Assembly: GCF_000020025.1 (NCBI RefSeq)
Contig: NC_010628.1
Coordinates: 3,630,001 to 3,662,000, forward strand
DNA: 32,000 bases
Direction: 5' to 3'
From: Nostoc punctiforme PCC 73102
Lineage (GTDB): Bacteria > Cyanobacteriota > Cyanobacteriia > Cyanobacteriales > Nostocaceae
The first letter of the stretch is position 1. Each line of letters opens with the position of its first letter. The notes beneath the pieces are model-generated. The model was not told the origin of the DNA. It made no database searches and saw only the letters and a program-made list of their open reading frames with translations. Below are positions 16,791-23,859 of this stretch, piece by piece. Made by a program: the position numbers and the translations under genes.

Positions 16791-16998
16791 GGTCTTGAGT
16801 TTTAGCAGCTTGTAGCACTTTTAACATAGTATCTGCTGCTTCAACTGCATCATAAGGCGACCACACATGATAGAACTGATCGGGTTTAATCAGATCGGTT
16901 TCCTGTTGGGCTAACTCTGAGATTAAAACCTGCATAATATAAAACTTATCTGCTCGACTAAGTTCTCGCAAAGTGGAGATTAATTCTGCTGAAACCAT
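16783..16998 (-). CDS. Small protein (71 aa) translationally coupled to the retropepsin-like gene
   Basis: ATG at 16998 (the track ORF uses a GTG at 17007). Its TAA (16783-16785) overlaps the downstream ATG (16788-16790) in the sequence ATGCGTAA. No known motif. Confidence 0.55.
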   Translation of the reverse strand: MVSAELISTLRELSRADKFYIMQVLISELAQQETDLIKPDQFYHVWSPYDAVEAADTMLKVLQAAKTQDHA

Positions 16999-17069
16999 GC
17001 AAAGCACTCTAGTAAATCAAGTCTGCTTCTCGATCATAGTTTATTCTTTGGGTATCACTGGGTTTACCA

Positions 17070-17198
17070 CAAGCTACAACTAGAGTAATCACGTCTGCGA
17101 CTTACAGGTGAGACAATTTAAGCAGCTAATAATGCGATCAATCGCACGCTCTTCCACAACAGGCGATGTCTAACGACAAGCCGCTACGCATCTACGCA
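17070..17198. repeat. Dispersed repeat copy A (paired with 18225-18368)
   Basis: Shared blocks with copy A': caagctacaactaga, gtgagacaatt, aagcag, taataatgcg, cttcca.aacaggcgat.tctaacgacaagccgctac, tctacgc. Confidence 0.8.
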
Positions 17199-17228
17199 TT
17201 GTTTTTGAGGTTTTCTACAAAGCAACTA

Positions 17229-17585
17229 CATTTGCTATTTCGGCGACTACATTTGCTATTTCGGCGGCAGCATTTGCTATTTTGGTGATCGCATTTGCTA
17301 TTTTGGTGATCGCATTTGCTATTTTGGTGATCGCATTTGCTATTTCGGCGACAGCATTTGCTATTTCGGCGATCGCATTTGCTATTTCGGCGACAGCATT
17401 TGCTATTTCGGCGACAGCATTTGCTATTTCGGCGACAGCATTTGCTATTTCGGCGACAGCATTTGCTATTTTGGCGACAGCATTTGCTATTTTGGCGACA
17501 GCATTTGCTATTTCGACGACAGCATTTGCTATTTCGGCGACAGCATTTGCTATTTCGGCGACAGAATTTGCTATTTTGGCGATCG
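17229..17585. repeat. Tandem array, 17 x 21 bp, consensus CATTTGCTATTTCGGCGACAG
   Basis: 357 bp is exactly 17 units in perfect register. ATTTGCTATTT is invariant in every unit, and variation is confined to the 3' half. One degenerate unit (ttttctacaaagcaacta) precedes it. Confidence 0.97.
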
Positions 17586-17761
17586 GTGTTATATAAATGA
17601 TTGAGTTCGTCCCGAAACAACAGGCAAATACAGCTAGATGGATTAGTAAAAATACAGAGTAACTCTCAATATTAACTCTTAATTAAATCCACAAAATTAC
17701 TCATCTCACGTAGAAAGGCATTCCGCTATGTTGAAATAGAACTATTCAAGAAATATTTCCC

Positions 17762-18187
17762 ATGTCTTTAAAAACTCGCGGTTCTGCTGCTGTAGATAAA
17801 GCTCAACGCCGTCTTGCACTGCTTAAATCCATTAATGAGAACCTGGATTTAGGGCACGGATTAACAATTGAAGCTTATACCCGCTTCCTTGATAATACCC
17901 GTGCCACCCTAGAAGCCCATAATACCCTTCTGTCTAATCTTGAGGAATCTCGTAAGACGATGAATCAGATGGACAGAGGACTCTCGGAACTATCTGAGAG
18001 GATGCTTAGTGCTGTTGCAACTGTCTACGGCAAAAACAGCATGGAGTATTCAAAAGCAGGTGGCTCTAGCCGAAAGCGGAGTACGAGTAAAAAATCTATT
18101 TCACAAGTTCCTATAGTTGTAACGGTTCCCGTCACTCAACCCACCCAAACTGTAACGAACGGTAAAGGCAGCTTGAGCAATTTCTAA
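17762..18187 (+). CDS. Hypothetical protein (141 aa), helical N-terminal part and Ser/Thr/Lys-rich tail
   Basis: ATG-initiated ORF with no competing frames. No recognisable domain. Lies between repeat copies A and A'. Confidence 0.5.
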   Translation: MSLKTRGSAAVDKAQRRLALLKSINENLDLGHGLTIEAYTRFLDNTRATLEAHNTLLSNLEESRKTMNQMDRGLSELSERMLSAVATVYGKNSMEYSKAGGSSRKRSTSKKSISQVPIVVTVPVTQPTQTVTNGKGSLSNF

Positions 18188-18224
18188 CCACAACCTGCTA
18201 CGCGTCTACGTCTTGTTTTTGCCC

Positions 18225-18368
18225 CAAGCTACAACTAGAATAGCCTCTGTGATTTATACGTGAGACAATTCAAGCAGTTAATAATGCGTAGGCATAGCCC
18301 GTCGTAGACATCGCGCTCACTCTTCCATAACAGGCGATTTCTAACGACAAGCCGCTACATGTCTACGC
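18225..18368. repeat. Dispersed repeat copy A' carrying a nested 29-bp small-repeat insertion (18286-18314)
   Basis: Aligns block by block with 17070-17198. It has an extra segment gcgtaggcatagcccgtcgtagacatcgc where copy A has gcgatcaatcgc. Confidence 0.8.
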
Positions 18369-18414
18369 TTACAATGCCATCATCAAATCAGCGATCGCAA
18401 CATACAAAAAAGAC

Positions 18415-18606
18415 TCAAACTATGAGTGTATCGAACACTAACACTGTTAATGCTGGTAAAGACGGCAACCGCGCATCATTTGTCAAGAAAAATGATGCAC
18501 CTGCACGAATAGCAGTAGCTTTTCTGTTTAGCATCTGGGGTTCTTAAATTATAATCTGCCCTTAATTGTGCCGCATTTTCAGCGATGTCGGGAAAAACTT
18601 CGATAG
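18415..18606 (-). pseudogene. vapC: PIN-domain toxin VapC, 3' fragment (separated from the 5' fragment by the IS; also frameshifted near 18520-18523)
   Basis: The minus strand reads AIEVFPDIAENAAQLRADYNLRTPDAKQK. After a 1-nt shift it reads ATAIRAGASFFLTNDARLPSLPALTVLVFDTLIV-stop (TGA at 18415-18417), a typical PIN C-terminus. Confidence 0.75.
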
Positions 18607-19788
18607 CAAAAGTGTTGAATGTTAAGAAAAATCCGATAAAAACAGCCCAAAATATGTTAAATTTTGGGCGGAAGATTAAAGTATATCTATTTAATAGTGA
18701 TTATAAATTCATTTCCCAAGATTGTCAAAGATATCTTGAGAGGACTGCCAAAAAACGATTATCCAGTATTGAACAGTCGTCTGTTCTTTGAGTGCTGGTT
18801 ATCTTATGCTATGGATAACAGCTTAACAAGTATGCGAGATTTATTTAACAGATTAAACAACACAGGATTTCCGGTAGATATTTCTACTTTCTCTAAAGCA
18901 AACTTACATCGAAGTCAAAAACCTTTTCAAGAAATTTACCAAAAATTAAATGAATTAGTACAGAAGAAAGTTCAAAAAAAGTTACATGATAAATATGCAA
19001 TTTGTCCAATAGATTCAACAATTATTACTCTCACAAGTAAATTGTTATGGGTACTAGGACACCATCAAGTAAAACTTTTCAGTTCTCTAAATTTAGCTAC
19101 TGGAAGTCCATCAGATAACTTCATAAACTTTGGACATGACCATGACTATAAATTTGGTTGTAAAATGATGTCTAGTCTACCAAATAATGCTGTTGGTGTA
19201 ATGGATAGAGGTTTTGCTGGATTAAAATTTATCCAAGAATTAGTCCAAGAAAACAAATACTTTGTTTTGCGGGTAAAAAACAATTGGAAGTTAGAATTTG
19301 AGGAGCAAACTGGATTAATTAAAGTTGGTGCATCTAATGATGCTCAAGCCTATAGAGTGATTAATTTTTGTGATTTAGAAACGAAAACTGAGTTTCGATT
19401 AGTAACCAATTTACCAACATTAGGAGAGGCTGCCGTTAGTGATTATGAAATCAGGGATATTTATCGATTGCGTTGGGGAGTTGAATTGTTGTGGAAGTTT
19501 TTGAAAATGCACTTAAAACTTGACAAGTTAATTACTAAAAATGTTAATGGTATCACCATACAAATTTACGTTACTTTAATAGCTTATCTAATTTTACAGA
19601 TATTATCTGTACCACAACAATGGGGACATACGCTATTAGATAAATTCCGCTATTTACAATCTTGTATGTGTCAGAAAATAAGTTATGTTCATTGGTTTGA
19701 AGAGATGATGTCATGTTGACTATTTTAGGCTTTTTAGAGTTAGTGTAACTAGATATGTAAACTTTTGTATCAGCATTCAACATTTCTG
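18607..19788 (+). mobile_element. IS4-family insertion sequence (about 1.18 kb) inserted in vapC
   Basis: Terminal inverted repeats CAAAAGTGTTGAATG (left) and CAGAAATGTTGAATG (right, reverse complement) match at 13 of 15 positions. Direct target duplication cttcgatag(c) at 18598-18606(7) and 19789-19797(8). Single DDE transposase ORF. Confidence 0.85.
18697..19719 (+). CDS. IS4-family DDE transposase
   Basis: DSTIITL and VMDRGFAG (D, D). YRLRWGVELLWKFLK fits the IS4 Y-(2)-R-(3)-E-(6)-K signature exactly. The track ORF starts at a TTG at 18664. An in-frame GTG at 18697 gives (M)IINSFPKIV, so the start is uncertain. Confidence 0.85.
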   Translation: MIINSFPKIVKDILRGLPKNDYPVLNSRLFFECWLSYAMDNSLTSMRDLFNRLNNTGFPVDISTFSKANLHRSQKPFQEIYQKLNELVQKKVQKKLHDKYAICPIDSTIITLTSKLLWVLGHHQVKLFSSLNLATGSPSDNFINFGHDHDYKFGCKMMSSLPNNAVGVMDRGFAGLKFIQELVQENKYFVLRVKNNWKLEFEEQTGLIKVGASNDAQAYRVINFCDLETKTEFRLVTNLPTLGEAAVSDYEIRDIYRLRWGVELLWKFLKMHLKLDKLITKNVNGITIQIYVTLIAYLILQILSVPQQWGHTLLDKFRYLQSCMCQKISYVHWFEEMMSC

Positions 19789-20050
19789 CTTCGATAGCTG
19801 TTAAACCTTGGGAATTAAATAGAATTTCACGATATTGTTGAGCTAACGCTGTGTTTCCTTGTCGCAAGGGATAGACTAAAACTTCCGTGATAGTCAAAAC
19901 TGATGTTATGACACCAAACTCACTACGAAACATCGCTTCAAAAAAAGCATCTGTAACATCTAAATAATTAGGATTTTCTTCAATAAAGTAAATCAGTGGA
20001 GCAGTATCCAAACCGATAATTTGCCCCTGTAGCTGGACTAGCCATTCCAT
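19789..20050 (-). pseudogene. vapC: PIN-domain toxin VapC, 5' fragment (87 codons) truncated by the IS
   Basis: MEWLVQLQGQIIGLDTAPLIYFIEENPNY... (first PIN acidic motif GLDT). Homology stops at ...GLTAIE, exactly at the target duplication. The rest of track ORF 19571..20050 is read-through into the IS end. Confidence 0.8.
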
Positions 20051-20154
20051 GAATCACGTTCCTGATTAACGTATTCTTGAGCATCAACGCCATTCCAGAT
20101 TTCTTTACCTAACCCACGTAATTCGAGGATGCTATGCTTTGGCTTAAGTGTCAT
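20038..20154 (-). CDS. vapB: Small VapB-type antitoxin candidate (38 aa), not in the ORF track
   Basis: My own translation: ATG at 20154, MTLKPKHSILELRGLGKEIWNGVDAQEYVNQERDSWNG, stop at 20040-20038. AGGTGA lies 3 nt upstream. Its 3' end overlaps the vapC start (ATGGAATGGCTAG), the classic antitoxin-toxin coupling. Confidence 0.6.
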   Translation of the reverse strand: MTLKPKHSILELRGLGKEIWNGVDAQEYVNQERDSWNG

Positions 20155-20390
20155 CGTCACCTGTTGACGAATTAAGCTTGATAAGTCTTCAATTAAGGTA
20201 CAAGAACCAAAAACCTGGTCTCGGCGACGAGTTTAAAAACTGGGCTTCGTTTTTCAAGACTGCCTCTTTTTTATGCGCTCCTTTGTGAGAGAGCGTTGTA
20301 CAAAGACTACAGCCCAGATTATGCCCATGTACAGCGCCCAGTCACAAAAGAGTTACAATCAGGTTAAGTACAGTCTGCAAGAACTAAATT

Positions 20391-20573
20391 CTAAGTAGCT
20401 GAGTCTGAGCGTTCTATTTGCTGCCGAATGGTATCAATAGAAGCATTAATGCCAGCCAGCTTGGACTCTAAATCATCTCGTATCCAAATCAAGAATTTTA
20501 ATTTCCGCTCTAAGCTAGCTTTGTGCGAAATAGGTTCGCTTCCATAGCAAGGATTACCCCAAAAAGGAAACAT
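20391..20573 (-). CDS. Hypothetical small protein (60 aa)
   Basis: ATG preceded by cagaggtaaact (GAGG Shine-Dalgarno-like, 7 nt spacing). No recognisable domain. Confidence 0.45.
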   Translation of the reverse strand: MFPFWGNPCYGSEPISHKASLERKLKFLIWIRDDLESKLAGINASIDTIRQQIERSDSAT

Positions 20574-20603
20574 AGTTTACCTCTGTATTTAGCTTTAGTA
20601 AGA

Positions 20604-20619
20604 GTGCAATATATTGCAC
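20604..20619. promoter_or_regulatory. Perfect 16-bp palindrome GTGCAATATATTGCAC about 30 bp upstream of the 60-aa ORF
   Basis: Read directly. Its position in the presumed promoter or 5' leader of 20391..20573 fits an operator or a leader hairpin. Confidence 0.3.
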
Positions 20620-20904
20620 CACTTCATTCTGACTAATAACAATCAGACTAATGTGGGTAATAACCGACCTAAATTGTACGTGCTTAACGAATACAGAGAT
20701 ACTAATGCTATTAAAATTTCAGATTGTGCATAAATTATAATAGATTTTCTTTATTTTCTCGTGGCTAGGTAGTGCTTGCTGTTCACAACTCTCAGAAACT
20801 CTCCACACCTACAAGAGGTAAAATCTAAACTTTCATAAAACTGAAAACAAGGGTTGCATCAACTATATTATGGATAAAAATGGTAATTATTGCTTAACTA
20901 CTTT

Positions 20905-21258
20905 ATGTCCATTCAAGTTTACGGAATTCCCAACTGCGGCACTTGCAAAAAAGCTCTGATGTGGCTCCAAAGCAATAGCATTGAATATGAATTCATAAAT
21001 ACTAAAGAAACTCCACCCAAGAGTGAGATGATCCAAAACTGGATGAAGTCTTTGGGTTCTGCTCCCATGCGAAATACCTCCGGTCAGTCTTATCGAGCTT
21101 TAGGAGATGAAAAGAAGACTTGGACCGATCAACAGTGGATTGACGCATTTACTAACGATGCAATGCTGCTAAAACGCCCAATTTTCGTTAAAGATGGAAC
21201 AGCGGTGTTAGTAGGCTTTAGAGATGAGGCAGTAATTAAAACAAAATTAAAGCTTTAA
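20905..21258 (+). CDS. ArsC/Spx/MgsR-family (thioredoxin-fold) protein
   Basis: MSIQVYGIPNCGTCKKALMWL...LLKRPIFV is the family pattern. The ATG at 20905 is preferred over the TTG at 20890. Confidence 0.8.
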   Translation: MSIQVYGIPNCGTCKKALMWLQSNSIEYEFINTKETPPKSEMIQNWMKSLGSAPMRNTSGQSYRALGDEKKTWTDQQWIDAFTNDAMLLKRPIFVKDGTAVLVGFRDEAVIKTKLKL

Positions 21259-21310
21259 TTCAGATGGCTAATGGCTTTAACTCTTGATTTACAGCACATT
21301 ACAAACCTCA

Positions 21311-21336
21311 TCTATGTTGAAACATAGAGTTTTTTA
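21311..21336 (+). terminator. Weak Rho-independent terminator candidate
   Basis: tctatg-ttgaaa-cataga followed by gtttttt. The stem is only 6 bp and AT-rich. Confidence 0.4.
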
Positions 21337-21350
21337 AAAGATATATTTAT

Positions 21351-21430
21351 GTAGGTTGGGTGGAGTGAAATGCAACCCAACATTACCACCTTATTTATGT
21401 TGGGTTACGCGATCGCTGCACCCAACCTAC
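21351..21430. repeat. Inverted-repeat element gtaggttgggtg ... cacccaacctac with an internal HIP1
   Basis: Terminal 12-nt arms are perfectly complementary. Inner aacccaaca/tgttgggtt arms also pair. Non-coding. Confidence 0.6.
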
Positions 21431-21577
21431 AAAACTACGGTTCTCAAGGTAGACGAGGTTTAGTTATCTCATTATATAGATTTTTATAAAGTGCGTTTAC
21501 TTCAATTAAACTTTCAATTCCAATAAATCCTAGCTAAGTAGTTAGCTAGAAAAATCTGCTTGCTGAGATAGCTAAAC

Positions 21578-22831
<1,254 letters not shown>

Positions 22832-22917
22832 TTACAAGATTTAGTCAGCAGCAGTTATACTTCTATCTTGTATCTTGCGCTATTCTCAATAACCGTCGGG
22901 GAGACAGTGAGGTTGTT

Positions 22918-23814
22918 ATGAGTCAGATTAAACGAGTTGCGATCGTTGGAGGAAACCACGGTAATGAGTTAACAGGAGTATATCTAGTCAAAAAGTTTCA
23001 GCAGTATCCAAATTTAATCAACAGGACAAGTTTTGAAACTCTGCCATTACTTGGCAATCTTAAAGCTATTGAAGAAGGTAAGCGATACATTGACAGGGAT
23101 TTAAACCGTTGCTTCACCAATCAAGGTTTACAAAATCCTCAACTCTCAAGTTATGAAGATACGCGGGCGAAAGCAATCCAACAAGTACTGCAACCGCAAA
23201 ATCAGCCATTTGTAGATGTAATTGTTGATTTGCACAGCACAACTGCCAACATGGGGTTAAGTCTGATTTTTTGCGATCTGAATCCTTTCTTACTTCGGTT
23301 AGCTGCTTATTTAAGTTCTATCAATCCGATGGTAAAGGTTTTTGTAAATCAGCAATCTAAAGAAGGTGGTTTTCTTCGTTCTTTGTGCGAATTGGGTTTT
23401 GTTATCGAAGTTGGTGCTGTGGCTCAGAATATTTTAAATGCCGAATTATTTCAACAAACAGAGCAGCTTATTTATGCAATTTTAGACTATTTTGAAGGAT
23501 GCAATCAAGGTAATATTCCGCATACAAGCAGCCAGCTTACATTCTATCAATATATTGAGACGATCGATTATCCGAGAAGCGATGCTTACGGCGGGCTGCA
23601 AAGTGGGGAGATTCAAGCCATGATTCATCCCCAGCTTCAGTTTAAAGATTATGAACCTCTGAATCCAGGCGATCCAATGTTTCTGACTTTTGCAGGAAAA
23701 GATATTTTCTATGAGGGAGAGTCTACTGTTTATCCTATTTTTATTAATGAAGCCGCTTACTATGAGAAAGGAATTGCGATGTATCTCAGTCAAAAGCTGC
23801 AAGAGATAGTTTAA
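22918..23814 (+). CDS. Aspartoacylase / succinylglutamate desuccinylase family zinc hydrolase
   Basis: [14 protein letters not shown] (His/Glu zinc ligands), [16 protein letters not shown] (third zinc ligand His). The ATG at 22918 is preceded by ggggagacagtgagg. Confidence 0.8.
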   Translation: MSQIKRVAIVGGNHGNELTGVYLVKKFQQYPNLINRTSFETLPLLGNLKAIEEGKRYIDRDLNRCFTNQGLQNPQLSSYEDTRAKAIQQVLQPQNQPFVDVIVDLHSTTANMGLSLIFCDLNPFLLRLAAYLSSINPMVKVFVNQQSKEGGFLRSLCELGFVIEVGAVAQNILNAELFQQTEQLIYAILDYFEGCNQGNIPHTSSQLTFYQYIETIDYPRSDAYGGLQSGEIQAMIHPQLQFKDYEPLNPGDPMFLTFAGKDIFYEGESTVYPIFINEAAYYEKGIAMYLSQKLQEIV

Positions 23815-23859
23815 TTTCTTTGCCCTTTTAACCAAGATTGCAAATCAGCTAGTAAATAC

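Noticed and set aside
17229-17585. CRISPR array or protein-coding gene across the 21-bp array (track ORFs 17192..17620 minus, 17282..17596 plus, 17337..17600 plus)
   Set aside because: There are no spacers at all. The three ORFs overlap one another, start at TTG or GTG, and exist only because the repeat unit lacks stop codons in four frames. None can be preferred from the sequence. The coding question is kept open in the findings but not called as a CDS.
18359-18791. Track ORFs 18359..18547 (+) and 18585..18791 (+)
   Set aside because: The first is antisense to the clearly PIN-like vapC 3' fragment. The second spans the target/IS junction and overlaps the transposase frame. Both are best explained as chance ORFs.
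19571-20050. Track ORF of 159 aa taken as an intact protein
   Set aside because: Only the first 87 codons are PIN-like. The remainder is read-through into the right end of the IS4-family element.
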